Counted from the first letter of the stretch, positions 1 through 10,035 are shown. The stretch: 64,000 nucleotides of DNA from an uncultured archaeon (GCA_938045545.1 CALIBN010000006.1:1-64000), one strand, 5' to 3'. The notes: generated from the sequence alone by a model not told the origin. Translations and numbers: made by a program.

Positions 1-393
1 CAGGAAAGGGCATTCAGCAATCCTAAGATAGAGTTTTTATGGAACAGCGTGGTGGAGGAGATTCTGGGAGGTGAACGCGTGGAAGGAGTAAGGGTTAAAA
101 GGGTTGACACTGGAGAGGTGTCTGAAATCAGGTGCGACGGGGTTTTCGTATCGATAGGCTATAAGCCTAATACTGAGCTTTTCAGAGGGCAGGTGGAAAT
201 TGATGAGAAAGGGTACATAGTTGTTAGAGACTATACGAAGACTAGTGTTGACGGTGTTTTCGTCGCCGGTGAGGCTAAGGATTACCGTTACCGTCAGGCT
301 ATTACTGCGGCAGGCGAAGGATGTCAAGCCGCGCTTGATGCAATAAAATACGTTGAAGAGATTAAACACCGTCCTAATAGGTTGTTATCCTAA
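1..393 (+). CDS. trxB: Thioredoxin-disulfide reductase, C-terminal part (5' end outside window)
   Basis: Frame open from base 1. DGVFVSIGYKPNTELF, TSVDGVFVAGE and YRQAITAAGEGCQAALDA match the TrxB C-terminus. Confidence 0.93.
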   Translation, partial: QERAFSNPKIEFLWNSVVEEILGGERVEGVRVKRVDTGEVSEIRCDGVFVSIGYKPNTELFRGQVEIDEKGYIVVRDYTKTSVDGVFVAGEAKDYRYRQAITAAGEGCQAALDAIKYVEEIKHRPNRLLS

Positions 394-412
394 CCTGTAA
401 ATCAACAGTATT

Positions 413-560
413 ATGCCTAGAATCGGTTTCCACGCGGTTTATGAGAAAATTAGAGAAGCAGTGGACCTTGCTCACAAGCATGGCTTTTCTTAGCGCGCTC
501 GATATATATGAAACGCTATGAAGTTCCCCCGGAGAAGTACACGGTCATCAATGTTCTTTC
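413..560 (+). pseudogene. Possible decayed N-terminal remnant of a sugar-phosphate isomerase/epimerase-like gene
   Basis: MPRIGFHAVYEKIREAVDLAHKHGFS* resembles the first strand-helix of xylose-isomerase-like TIM barrels. Stops and shifts follow. Weak. Confidence 0.25.
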
Positions 561-879
561 AAGCATGCTAAAAGGCGCGAGATTTTCCTCACACTAGACT
601 GTCGAACTTAAGGCTATGACACTACTCATCGCGTTGTTGAAGAATTTTCCTTAAAACCTAGATAAAAGTAAGGGGATGCCATTTGCACGATAGGACTGAA
701 AAGAAGGACGCCAGATAATCGAATGGGTTCACGGATTTCAAACATTGCCTGAGAACTCTCTCCAAACCATGATTTAGAGCATACTATGGAGCGTGCTGGA
801 CCATTTAAAAACTCCTTGGTTCCTCTTAAAGCGCTCTTTTAGAAAAAATATTAAGAGCTACTTGAGCCCTGCCTATGGG

Positions 880-898
880 AGGGGGAAAAGTTTAAACT
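880..898 (+). promoter_or_regulatory. Archaeal BRE/TATA promoter of amrS (probably leaderless)
   Basis: Purine-rich GGGGGAAAAG followed by TTTAAACT at 891-898, ending about 23 nt before the GTG start at 921. Confidence 0.55.
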
Positions 899-920
899 TA
901 GATGCTGCTCATACTTTATT

Positions 921-1949
921 GTGAAAGAGGCTGTTCTATGGCATAAAGAGGATGATAAAATTAGATGCGACCTTTGTGGGAGACGCTGTTTAATATCTGA
1001 CAGGACCTTTGGAGCATGCCTTGTGAGGAAAGCTATTGACGGAAAACTTTACAGTCTAAACTATGGTAAACTCATCGCTCTACATGTCGACCCCATTGAG
1101 AAGAAACCTCTTTTCCATTTCCTACCTGGGAATTTCACTTTTTCAATAGCGAGTGCAGGATGCAATTTCTCATGCAGGTTTTGCTGCAATTACGATATTA
1201 GTCAGGTTTACCGCGACAGGAGGCTAGAACATGTTGTCGGCGACGAGTATTCTCCTGAAGACGTTGTCAACCAGGCTTTGTCAGAGGGCTGCAGGATAAT
1301 AAGCTACACGTATACCGAGCCCACAATATTCTTCGAGTTCGCCTATGATACTGCAAAGCTAGCCCATGAAAGGGGCATCAAAAATACCTTCGTCACTAAC
1401 GGCTACATGACGCCGGAAGCGGTTAGGATGATCGCACCATACCTTGATGCCGCTACTGTGGACTTCAAGTGCTCAGGCGACCCGGAGTGTTACAGGAAGG
1501 TAATCGGCATCTCAGATGTTAAGCCCATATACGACTGCCTTATGGAGATGAAGAAGCAAGGGATCTTCATCGAGATTACGAACCTCGTTATCCCGGGTTT
1601 CGACGATGATATGAGTGGTTTCAGGGATCTCGTCAGGTGGATTAGAGATAACCTGGGCGACGAGACTCCTCTTCACATACTCAGATTCTTTCCAACATAC
1701 AGGTTTTCAGACATTCCGGATACGCCCTTGGAAAGCCTTAGGAAAGCATATGAGTTAGCCAGACAGGAAGGAATGAAGTTTGTTTATTTAGGAAATGTAC
1801 CCGGCCAAGGTGAGAACACTTACTGCCCAAGTTGCGGGGAGCTTTTGATCGAAAGATTCGGGTTGATGATGAGCCGCAGTAGGCTTGTCGGTGACAGATG
1901 CCCGAGATGCGGGGCGAGAATACCAGTAGCGGTTGGAGGCAGGCATTGA
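921..1949 (+). CDS. amrS: AmmeMemoRadiSam system radical SAM enzyme (PFL-activating-enzyme-like)
   Basis: N-terminal CDLCGRRC, DPIEKKPLFHF, CNFSCRFC (CxxxCxxC), YTYTEP, C-terminal CPSC and CPRC. Confidence 0.92.
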   Translation: MKEAVLWHKEDDKIRCDLCGRRCLISDRTFGACLVRKAIDGKLYSLNYGKLIALHVDPIEKKPLFHFLPGNFTFSIASAGCNFSCRFCCNYDISQVYRDRRLEHVVGDEYSPEDVVNQALSEGCRIISYTYTEPTIFFEFAYDTAKLAHERGIKNTFVTNGYMTPEAVRMIAPYLDAATVDFKCSGDPECYRKVIGISDVKPIYDCLMEMKKQGIFIEITNLVIPGFDDDMSGFRDLVRWIRDNLGDETPLHILRFFPTYRFSDIPDTPLESLRKAYELARQEGMKFVYLGNVPGQGENTYCPSCGELLIERFGLMMSRSRLVGDRCPRCGARIPVAVGGRH

Positions 1950-2030
1950 AGTTTGCAAGCGGTTTTCCTTCCTGAAAGACGGCCTTAACAATAACTATTA
2001 ATACATCCCCAAAGTATTCTTATTTGAGCC

Positions 2031-2834
2031 TTGCAAACGGTATGCGTAATCGGAGTAGGGAAAATGGGCAGCACAATGGTTAGAAACATAATTAAAACTG
2101 GAGAGTACAGGGTGGTCGCTACTGATGTTGACCCCAATAGGCGTATGCTTGTTAAATCGTACGGGGTTGAGGTTTTCGAAAGTAACAGGGATGCCGTAAA
2201 GAACTCCGACTTGGTCATACTAGCTGTTAAGCCTAGGGAAGTAGAAGCTGTGTTAAACGATGTTAAAGACTTGATCGGTGGAAAGCTTGTAATATCGATT
2301 GCTGCAGCAGTAACTTTAAAGCATATGGAGAAGATTGCTGCAGACGCTAGGTTTATCAGAGTAATGCCGAACATCCTTATTGAAGTTGGCGAAGCGTTCA
2401 TCGCAATATGCCCCGGCTCTAGAGCGACGGAGGAGGATGTTGAACTGGCTTCAAGGGTCTTCAGCAGGATGGGCGAGGTGGCTAGGGTTAAGGAGAATCT
2501 GATGGATGCAGTAACAGGGTTCTCTGGAAGCGGGCCGGCTTACGTATTCACCATTATAGATGCTTTTGCAGACGCCGGTGTGAAGATTGGCCTGCCGAAG
2601 GAGCTTGCACTCAGAATAGCTGCAAGGATGATGCTAGGCTCCGCAAAAATGGTTTTGGAGGGAAAAGGTAGGCCGATGGAGCTTAGAGACATGGTTGCAA
2701 CCCCTGGAGGTACAACCATAATGGGCATTTACGAGCTTGAGAAAGGAGGGATTAGGGCAACAATAATGAACGCTGTGGAGGCCGCTTTCAAGAGAGCTAG
2801 GGAATTGTCAGAGCCGCTCTCCCAAACCGATTGA
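2031..2834 (+). CDS. proC: Pyrroline-5-carboxylate reductase
   Basis: GVGKMG, LAVKP, RVMPN, SGSGPAY, VATPGGTT. Confidence 0.95.
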   Translation: MQTVCVIGVGKMGSTMVRNIIKTGEYRVVATDVDPNRRMLVKSYGVEVFESNRDAVKNSDLVILAVKPREVEAVLNDVKDLIGGKLVISIAAAVTLKHMEKIAADARFIRVMPNILIEVGEAFIAICPGSRATEEDVELASRVFSRMGEVARVKENLMDAVTGFSGSGPAYVFTIIDAFADAGVKIGLPKELALRIAARMMLGSAKMVLEGKGRPMELRDMVATPGGTTIMGIYELEKGGIRATIMNAVEAAFKRARELSEPLSQTD

Positions 2835-2916
2835 ATTAAAGTTTAGGAGGGTTAGAAGGCTTTCTGAAAACCCTTATATAAGTCCCTTCCATTCGCAAGG
2901 TTTCAACCAATAAGAC

Positions 2917-4752
2917 ATGAGCGTTGAGAAGCCGCTGCTAGACTATGTAGAATCGTTAAGGCCGAGGAAAAGTTTTACAGAGTCAATAACAGCCTTCACG
3001 AGGCTAATTAAATACCATAAGAAATATTTTTTACTCATAGCTATAGTTATAGCATTATCTTTCATAAGAGCTTACCTGTTTACCCTTGAACCCCTCTACA
3101 CATCTCTAATAATAGACGATGTTGTCGTAGGGGGGAAACACGAGTTACTTGTTGATTATATTATGGCAATTCTGCTTGTCGGAATAGGTTTCGCCGTCGT
3201 CAACTTTTTCGTAAGCTATTTGAACGGTTTGATGGCGCTTTACATAGTACGGGACATACGGTCCGAGTACTATGCTTCCCTCCAGGTTAAATCCTTCAGC
3301 TTCTATGACTCCGTCGCAGTAGGCGACCTTGTTTCAAGAGCCACGATGGACCTTCAGCCTGTTGAAGCCTTCCTAAGAACATGGGTCAGCACCGTGTTCA
3401 ACGCGGTTTTCTCAATAATAGTTTTCTTCTCAGTAATGTACTCCGTCAGCCCCTCCATGACCCTTATCTCCTTAATACCCATACCTATAATATTCTACTT
3501 TACGACCCGCCTCTGGGTGGAGACGATGCCGCTTTTCCGAGTGATGCAGCTTATACTTGGGAGATTGAGCGCCTACATTCAGCAGAACATTATTGGCATG
3601 AAGACCGTTAGGATATTCCGGAGAGAGAGGGATGTTGTCGAAGGCTTCAAGAAGGCGGAGCAAGTATTCGTTAAAACAGCCATAAACGCTGGGAGAATAC
3701 AGTCGATCTACATGCCTCTCCCAACCGCGATACTAACCCTTTCAATAGCGATGGTTTACGTTTACGCCGCATACTCGATTTTCAACGCTGGAGCGGCGCT
3801 GACGGTTGGAAGCATAATTCTTTTCGCAAGATACATGATGCGGCTAAGCTTCCCGTTGAGAGACCTCAGCATGCTGCTCGGAACCTGGATCAACGCGTCA
3901 GCTGGGCTTGAAAGGGTCTTCGAAGTCATGGATGCTCCGAAAGGTGTTGAAGACTTGCCTGACGCTGAAGAAATAACTATAAAGGAGGGGACAGTGGAAT
4001 TCCGGAACGTTACTTTCCAGTATGCTAACGGCAAGCCTGTTTTAAAGAATGTGAGTTTCAAGGTTAATCCGGGGGAGAAAATTGCGATTCTCGGTGCCAC
4101 CGGCTCAGGTAAATCCACCCTTGTCTACCTTATACCGAGGTTCTACGACCCTACTTCAGGAAGCATACTCATAGACCGCGTAGACATTAAAAGGTTTAAA
4201 CTGTCTTCTTTAAGAAGGCAGATAGGCATTGTTCCACAGGATGTTTTCCTATTCTCCGGAACCATCAGGGAAAACATAGCTTTCGGAAAGCCCGATGCCT
4301 CCATGGAGGAGATCGCGAGGGCTGCGGAGCTGGCTAAGATACGAGACTTCATAGAGTCCCTCCCTGATGGTTACGATACTTTCGTCGGCGAAAGGGGGGT
4401 AACGCTCTCAGGAGGACAGAGACAGAGGATAACTATTGCGAGGGCGATTCTCACAAACCCTAGGATACTTATAATGGATGATTCGCTCTCCTTCGTGGAT
4501 TCTAAGACTGAGCAGGAAATACAGTCTGCAATAAATGAAGTGATGAAGGGTAGAACAACCTTCATAATCGCGCAGAGGCTTTCAACAATAAGGAATGCTG
4601 ACAGGATAATGATTCTAGACGACGGGGAAATCGTCGAGTTTGGAACACACGGGGAGCTTATGGCTAGGAGTGGCGCCTACAGGAGGATTTACGAAACACA
4701 GTTCCTAGGCAAGAGTTTAGAAATCGTTTCAGCAGAGGTGGGTGAAAGGTAA
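2917..4752 (+). CDS. Heterodimeric ABC exporter, subunit 1 (TMD+NBD, degenerate site; TM287-like)
   Basis: 6-TM domain; Walker A GATGSGKST; LSGGQRQR; Walker B IMDDS (E to D); switch AQRLS (H to Q). Confidence 0.92.
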   Translation: MSVEKPLLDYVESLRPRKSFTESITAFTRLIKYHKKYFLLIAIVIALSFIRAYLFTLEPLYTSLIIDDVVVGGKHELLVDYIMAILLVGIGFAVVNFFVSYLNGLMALYIVRDIRSEYYASLQVKSFSFYDSVAVGDLVSRATMDLQPVEAFLRTWVSTVFNAVFSIIVFFSVMYSVSPSMTLISLIPIPIIFYFTTRLWVETMPLFRVMQLILGRLSAYIQQNIIGMKTVRIFRRERDVVEGFKKAEQVFVKTAINAGRIQSIYMPLPTAILTLSIAMVYVYAAYSIFNAGAALTVGSIILFARYMMRLSFPLRDLSMLLGTWINASAGLERVFEVMDAPKGVEDLPDAEEITIKEGTVEFRNVTFQYANGKPVLKNVSFKVNPGEKIAILGATGSGKSTLVYLIPRFYDPTSGSILIDRVDIKRFKLSSLRRQIGIVPQDVFLFSGTIRENIAFGKPDASMEEIARAAELAKIRDFIESLPDGYDTFVGERGVTLSGGQRQRITIARAILTNPRILIMDDSLSFVDSKTEQEIQSAINEVMKGRTTFIIAQRLSTIRNADRIMILDDGEIVEFGTHGELMARSGAYRRIYETQFLGKSLEIVSAEVGER

Positions 4753-5810
4753 TGTCAGGACCTTGGCGCACCTTCTCCTCCACTGAGGAAGAGGGGAAGA
4801 GAACTGTTCCGGATAGAATACTTATTAAAAGGCTTTACCATTATATTAGGCCGTTTAGAAAGAACCTGGCAATCGCGGTCCTAGCGATAGTTTTAACTTC
4901 GATAACCGGGTTGGCTGCACCGTACATGCATAAGGTTGCAATAGACCAGATAATACAGACGGGGGATCTTTCAAACTTCCTCTGGTGGATACCGCTGTTT
5001 ATCCTTGTCGTACTATGCAACTTCTTCTTCCAATACGTGCAGATATTTCAAATGAGAATAATCGGTGAAAACGTTGTTTCATTAATTAGAGATGAAATTA
5101 TGGAGAAACTTCAAGTCATATCTTTAAGATATTTCTCAGAGGGCGAGATAGGTAGGATAATCTCCAGACCAGTAAACGATGCTAACAACCTTAGAATATT
5201 CCTTCGCATGGGTTTCACCAGCATACTTCTCGATACGTCTTCAATACTGGGCACATTCATAATCATGTTCATGCTGGATTTCGAATTGACCGTCATAGCC
5301 CTCGCCTTCATCCCCATAGCTGTAATCATTATTTGGCAGCTTGGAAGATATTCTAGAAGAGTTTACAGGAAAACCCTTTCAACACTAGCAGGATTAACCG
5401 GGAGGATGCAGGAGGACCTTTCCGGAATAAAAGTTATCCAGGCCTTCGTGCAGGAGGAAAGGGCGTTGAGAAGGTTTGAAGAAACGCAGGTGGAGAACGT
5501 TAAGGCGACGAAGAACGCGTTGAAAATCTCCTCAGCCTACCAGCCTGTCGTCATAATGCTGAGGATAATCGGAACCTTGGCTATTCTATGGTTCGGAACC
5601 CTTTTCATTGAGAGTGGGGCAATAACCATAGGCACACTTGTCGCATTCATAGAATACCAGTTCTCCTATTTCATGCCGCTCGTGGACTTGATAAATGTTG
5701 CAGACCAGTATAACTCTGCAATGGCTGCTGTCGAAAGGCTTTTCGACCTTATTGATGCTAAGATTGAAGTAACTGAGCCTCCCCCCGGAATAGCTGTTGA
5801 GCTGAAATGA
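4752..5810 (+). CDS. Heterodimeric ABC exporter, subunit 2, transmembrane domain (split from its NBD)
   Basis: ABC_membrane-type hydrophobic helices. Ends in an ATGA overlap with the next ORF. Confidence 0.85.
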   Translation: MSGPWRTFSSTEEEGKRTVPDRILIKRLYHYIRPFRKNLAIAVLAIVLTSITGLAAPYMHKVAIDQIIQTGDLSNFLWWIPLFILVVLCNFFFQYVQIFQMRIIGENVVSLIRDEIMEKLQVISLRYFSEGEIGRIISRPVNDANNLRIFLRMGFTSILLDTSSILGTFIIMFMLDFELTVIALAFIPIAVIIIWQLGRYSRRVYRKTLSTLAGLTGRMQEDLSGIKVIQAFVQEERALRRFEETQVENVKATKNALKISSAYQPVVIMLRIIGTLAILWFGTLFIESGAITIGTLVAFIEYQFSYFMPLVDLINVADQYNSAMAAVERLFDLIDAKIEVTEPPPGIAVELK

Positions 5811-6550
5811 TAGAGGAAGTAAGTTTTGAAAACGTTACGTTCGGCTACGATCCGAGCCTCCCTGTCGTGAGAAACATCAGTTTCACGCTTACAAAGGGGA
5901 AGAAGCTGGCCATAGTTGGTCCAACTGGAGCCGGGAAGTCTACGGTAATAAACCTGCTTGCAAGGTTTTACGATCCCAATGAGGGAAGAATCCTTGTGAA
6001 CGGTCATGATTTACGTAGGATACCCATTTCATCTTGGAGAGCCAGACTGAGCATAGTTCTTCAAGACTCGTTCCTTTTCCCGATGAGCGTGAAGGAGAAC
6101 ATAAGATTCGGTAAACCGGATGCTTCAGACGAGGATGTTATAGCTGCAGCTAAGGCTATTGGTGCGCACGAGTTCATAGTTAAGCTCCCCGACGGATACG
6201 ACTACATGATTCAGGAGGGTTCGTCGAACATCTCTATTGGCCAAAGACAGATGATAAGCTTCGCGAGAACCCTACTGGCGAACCCTGAACTGCTCGTGCT
6301 GGATGAAGCCACATCCTCTGTAGACCCTTACACTGAGCTTATCATACAGAGGGCTCTGAGTAAACTCCTAAAGGGGAGAATGGCGATCATAATAGCACAC
6401 AGGCTCTCAACAATAAGGCTATGCGATGAAATAATAGTGCTTAATAATGGTGTTATTGTTGAAAAAGGCACGCACGAGGATCTTATGCGGAAAGGCGGCT
6501 TATACAGTTCTTTCTACAGGCTTCAGTTCATAGAGGAAAAAGGCTTTTAA
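5807..6550 (+). CDS. Heterodimeric ABC exporter, subunit 2, ATPase domain
   Basis: GPTGAGKST, degenerate signature ISIGQRQ, LDEATS, AHRLST. Confidence 0.88.
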   Translation: MIEEVSFENVTFGYDPSLPVVRNISFTLTKGKKLAIVGPTGAGKSTVINLLARFYDPNEGRILVNGHDLRRIPISSWRARLSIVLQDSFLFPMSVKENIRFGKPDASDEDVIAAAKAIGAHEFIVKLPDGYDYMIQEGSSNISIGQRQMISFARTLLANPELLVLDEATSSVDPYTELIIQRALSKLLKGRMAIIIAHRLSTIRLCDEIIVLNNGVIVEKGTHEDLMRKGGLYSSFYRLQFIEEKGF

Positions 6551-6616
6551 ACGACTCAGTGTCGGATTAAAAAATTTTAAAAGGCGTTTTTAAAACCGTT
6601 CTACCGGGGAGGCGGC

Positions 6617-7984
6617 TTGGCCGGAGTTAGAGAGGTTTCCGAATCTCTACGCGAATGGGAGAGGATTGCGGCGCATTCGCACATAACCGGATTAGGCTTA
6701 GAAGGGTTGAAGGCTAAGCCTGTCGGAGGCGGAATGGTAGGCCAGATCGAGGCAAGGGAGGCAGCTGGCCTAGTGGTAAGGCTGATAAAAAGCGGCAAGT
6801 TTGCGGGCAGGGCAGTCCTGCTCGCAGGCCCGCCTGGAACAGGAAAGACAGCGATAGCTACAGCAATCGCTAGAGAACTCGGCAGAGACGTCCCCTTCGT
6901 ACCACTCGCCGCAAGCGAAATATTCTCCACAGATATTAAGAAGACCGAGTTTCTAATGCAGACCCTTAGGAAGGCGATAGGCGCAAGGATACATGAGGTC
7001 AGGAAGATTTACGAGGGGGAGGTTAAGGAGGTCTCTATAGAAAAAGCCCCGCACCCGTATAATCCCTATCAGCAGGTGCCTGCAGGAGCCACGATAAAAA
7101 TCGCCACCAAGGAGGAGTCGAAGAGGCTTACGATGGACCAGAGCTTCGCAATCCAGCTGATACAGCAGGGCATAGAGACAGGCGACATTGTTCAAATAGA
7201 TCCTGAAGGGGGAAGAATCGTTAAGCTCGGCAGGAGTAGGAGGAGCGTGGAGGAGAAGAAGGTTGACCTTTCCACCGTCCAGGTCATGGATGTTCCTAAT
7301 GGGAACGTGCTTAAGGAGAAGGAGTTCGTCTACCCTGTTACGCTGCATGCTCTCGACATGGCTGCGACGCGACGAGGCGGAGACATTTTCAGCATATTTT
7401 TTGGAGGAAGAGAATCTAAGGAGATTGAGCCTGAAACCCGGAGGGAGGTTGACGACTATATAAAGACGCTTGTTCAAGAGGGCAGGTGTGAACTATTACC
7501 TGGGGTGGTTTTCATAGACGAGTGCAGTATGCTCGACATAGAGACCTTCGCATTTTTAAACAGGGCGCTGGAGCAGGACCTAGCCCCTATAATAATATTC
7601 GCGACGAACAGAGGGTTTTCCACCGTGAGGGGCACAGACATTAGGGCTCCCCACGGAATGCCCCTGGACCTTCTCGACAGGCTTCTAATAATAAACACGA
7701 AGCCCTACAGTAGAGAAGAGATAAGGAAGATACTTGAAATAAGGTCTGAGGCCGAGAAAATCCCGATAAGCAACGAGGCGATTGAATACTTGACGGATAT
7801 AGGGGGTAACACAAGCCTAAGGTATGCGGTTCAGCTGATGGCTCCAGCATTCGAACTGGCTAAGGAGAGAAAAGCCAGCAGAATAGAAAAGGATCATGTA
7901 AGCTATGTGGAGAAACTGTTCGTAGACGTGAAGAAATCCGTTGAATATTTGAGGGAATATGAAAAACAGTTCCTAGATCTCTAG
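6617..7984 (+). CDS. tip49: TIP49 / RuvB-like (Rvb1/Rvb2 family) AAA+ ATPase
   Basis: RIAAHSHITGLGL, GMVGQIEAREAAG, GPPGTGKT, LLPGVVFIDE, FATNRG, PHGMPLDLLDRL, TSLRYAVQL. Confidence 0.95.
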   Translation: MAGVREVSESLREWERIAAHSHITGLGLEGLKAKPVGGGMVGQIEAREAAGLVVRLIKSGKFAGRAVLLAGPPGTGKTAIATAIARELGRDVPFVPLAASEIFSTDIKKTEFLMQTLRKAIGARIHEVRKIYEGEVKEVSIEKAPHPYNPYQQVPAGATIKIATKEESKRLTMDQSFAIQLIQQGIETGDIVQIDPEGGRIVKLGRSRRSVEEKKVDLSTVQVMDVPNGNVLKEKEFVYPVTLHALDMAATRRGGDIFSIFFGGRESKEIEPETRREVDDYIKTLVQEGRCELLPGVVFIDECSMLDIETFAFLNRALEQDLAPIIIFATNRGFSTVRGTDIRAPHGMPLDLLDRLLIINTKPYSREEIRKILEIRSEAEKIPISNEAIEYLTDIGGNTSLRYAVQLMAPAFELAKERKASRIEKDHVSYVEKLFVDVKKSVEYLREYEKQFLDL

Positions 7985-8012
7985 GGCGAACATTTAAGAC
8001 GCTTTTTTTAAA

Positions 8013-8489
8013 ATGCTCCTCATGTGGATAGTGGACGGGGTGGTTGCAGCCTCGCCAATTGCGACAAGACCGGAAGACGTTGACTATTGGTTAGAATCCG
8101 GTGTGAAGGCTGTTGCAATACTAGCTGAGCCTCACGAGATAGCCAGATACTGGGGGGACTCGGAGAACTATTTCAAGTTTCTTAAGGATAAGGGTTTTGA
8201 AATCCTACATAGCCCGATCAAGGATTTCCATGCTCCAACGTTAAGCCAGCTTGAGGAACTGGTTGAATGGATGGAGGCTAAGGTTAAGGCTGGCAAGCCG
8301 GTTCTGGTACACTGCCACGCTGGCATAGGTAGGACAGGGATGGTGATAGCCGCCTATCTTATCAGGAATGGCAGCACCCTTGAGCAGGCAGTGAGAGAAG
8401 TGAGGAGTAAGATTCCTCTGGCCCTAGAGGTTGACGTACAGTTATCACTGGTCTACGAGTATTATGAGAAGAAGAGAACAGTCGGTTAA
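8013..8489 (+). CDS. Dual-specificity / protein-tyrosine phosphatase
   Basis: CX5R loop VHCHAGIGRTG; general-acid loop PIKDFHAP. Confidence 0.9.
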   Translation: MLLMWIVDGVVAASPIATRPEDVDYWLESGVKAVAILAEPHEIARYWGDSENYFKFLKDKGFEILHSPIKDFHAPTLSQLEELVEWMEAKVKAGKPVLVHCHAGIGRTGMVIAAYLIRNGSTLEQAVREVRSKIPLALEVDVQLSLVYEYYEKKRTVG

Positions 8490-8549
8490 TAGCGCGCGAT
8501 TTTAAAGAGCAATCGAGAAATATAGGGAAGAGCTAAAGCCCACCCTCTT

Positions 8550-8993
8550 TCAAGAAGTATTCAAAATCCTGTCGCTTGACGATGTTTCCGGTTTCTTCTT
8601 CAATATTTCAGCCATAATACTAGTATTCTCCCGTATTTTCCTCGCCAGCTTCATGTCGTCTGTTACCAGTTTAGCATTGTTCTCCGTTGACGCAACTATG
8701 TAGGATGCATCGTAGAATGTTGTTTGAAGATCATAAGCCAACTTGAGGGCGAGATCATTGTTTGAAATGTCTACAACCCTCATTATTTTCAAAACCTTAT
8801 CTAACAGGACCATTGTTTCAAACGCCTCCTCAACGCCTATTCTCTTCTGCAGTAAGGCTTCTTTCCACAAAGCGTTCCCGATTTCATATTTCGCAAGGCA
8901 TAGGATTAGAGAATCCTTAAGCAGTCTATAAGCATCCTGCTTACGGAGCCTTATGACGTTTAATAAGGCAGAAGCATCGTAAAGCAGCTTCAT
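8550..8993 (-). CDS. vapC: VapC PIN-domain toxin
   Basis: LLYDASAL, YEIGNALWK, TFYDASY, LVTDD. Confidence 0.9.
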   Translation of the reverse strand: MKLLYDASALLNVIRLRKQDAYRLLKDSLILCLAKYEIGNALWKEALLQKRIGVEEAFETMVLLDKVLKIMRVVDISNNDLALKLAYDLQTTFYDASYIVASTENNAKLVTDDMKLARKIRENTSIMAEILKKKPETSSSDRILNTS

Positions 8994-9217
8994 CTCTCTT
9001 CCCGACCCTCTCTTATCAGGGCAGCGATCTCTTCAGAGGGAATCTTCTCCAAAACTCCCCCGATCCTCTGCAGAGCCTTCCTGACTTCCTCCTCCTCTAC
9101 TCTTCTAACCTCTTCCTCAAGAGCTTTTCTAACAACCTTGCTCACAGGTATGCCGTATTTTCTCAACTTCTCACGCAACTCTCTATCTATCTTAGCGGAT
9201 ACAGTCACATACGTCAA
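8990..9217 (-). CDS. vapB: VapB/CcdA-like ribbon-helix-helix antitoxin
   Basis: VTVSAKIDRELREKLRKYGIPVSKVVRKALEEEV; 4-nt overlap with vapC. Confidence 0.85.
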   Translation of the reverse strand: MTYVTVSAKIDRELREKLRKYGIPVSKVVRKALEEEVRRVEEEEVRKALQRIGGVLEKIPSEEIAALIREGREER

Positions 9218-9218
9218 C

Positions 9219-9254
9219 GTAATACTGTTTGAGTAATACTAAAAAGGTAATATT
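9219..9254 (-). promoter_or_regulatory. Three GTAATAYT repeats at exact 14-bp spacing between the TATA box and start of the vapBC operon (putative antitoxin operator)
   Basis: GTAATACT at 9219, GTAATACT at 9233, GTAATATT at 9247. The minus-strand TATA-like CTTAAATA overlaps the third copy. Confidence 0.6.
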
Positions 9255-9347
9255 TAAGTTTTATAGAAACGCGAGCTCGCGCGCATTAGACTCCCTAAAG
9301 GAAAAAAGATATAAAGGGCTTTGTTTCCTTACTAGTCTTGGTAGGGA

Positions 9348-9638
9348 ATGGGCGGCATCAAGGTCTACATATCAGACGGGTTAGAAAAAAGGTTCAGGGA
9401 AATGGCCATGAGGCTTTATGGGTATGGCAGGGGTTCGTTGAGCATAGCCTCAGAGAAGGCGTTTACAGCCTGGCTTTCTCAAGTTTCAGAAGTTCTAGAT
9501 GTTGCAGAATCCATTGAGGATCCTGTGGAAGCCATATACGGCATGCTCTCCCACGTTAAGAAGACGGGGGTTGAACTCCAGCATGAGGCGCGTGAAGCCA
9601 GAGCGAGAAAAACCCTTGAGCACAGAACTTCTGCTTGA
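9348..9638 (+). CDS. Putative RHH-type antitoxin
   Basis: GIKVYISDGLEKRFREMAMRLYGYGRGSLSIASE; overlaps the downstream PIN gene. Confidence 0.75.
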   Translation: MGGIKVYISDGLEKRFREMAMRLYGYGRGSLSIASEKAFTAWLSQVSEVLDVAESIEDPVEAIYGMLSHVKKTGVELQHEAREARARKTLEHRTSA

Positions 9639-10035
9639 CTCCAACGTTTTCCTAGAGGTAGAACTGGCGGAGCAGCACGCAGAAGCATGTAAGCTCCTCC
9701 TAGGCAGGATTAGGGACGGCCTCGTTAGGTCAGCGATCACAGATTTCCACGTGGACTCTATTGTCACAGTTATGGAGAACTACGGTAAAGGCTGGAAAGA
9801 TCTAGCTGTGTTCCTAGCCTCACTACTCCGGTACAAAGGGTTGAGAATACACCCCATGGGTCTAGGAGGCCGAATTAAGGCTGCACACATCATGAGAGAC
9901 CACGGTTTGGATTTCGACGACGCGCTTGCAGTCCAAGCACTCAAAGAGCTGTCAATAGAAACAATAGTCTCCTACGACGATGATTTTGACGCAGTACAAT
10001 GGGTTAAAAGACGTACTCCCGAAGAACTGCTCTAA
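9616..10035 (+). CDS. vapC: VapC PIN-domain toxin (TTG start at 9616 preferred over 9499)
   Basis: LLLDSNVFLE, LDFDDAL, IVSYDDDFD. Confidence 0.88.
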   Translation: MSTELLLDSNVFLEVELAEQHAEACKLLLGRIRDGLVRSAITDFHVDSIVTVMENYGKGWKDLAVFLASLLRYKGLRIHPMGLGGRIKAAHIMRDHGLDFDDALAVQALKELSIETIVSYDDDFDAVQWVKRRTPEELL

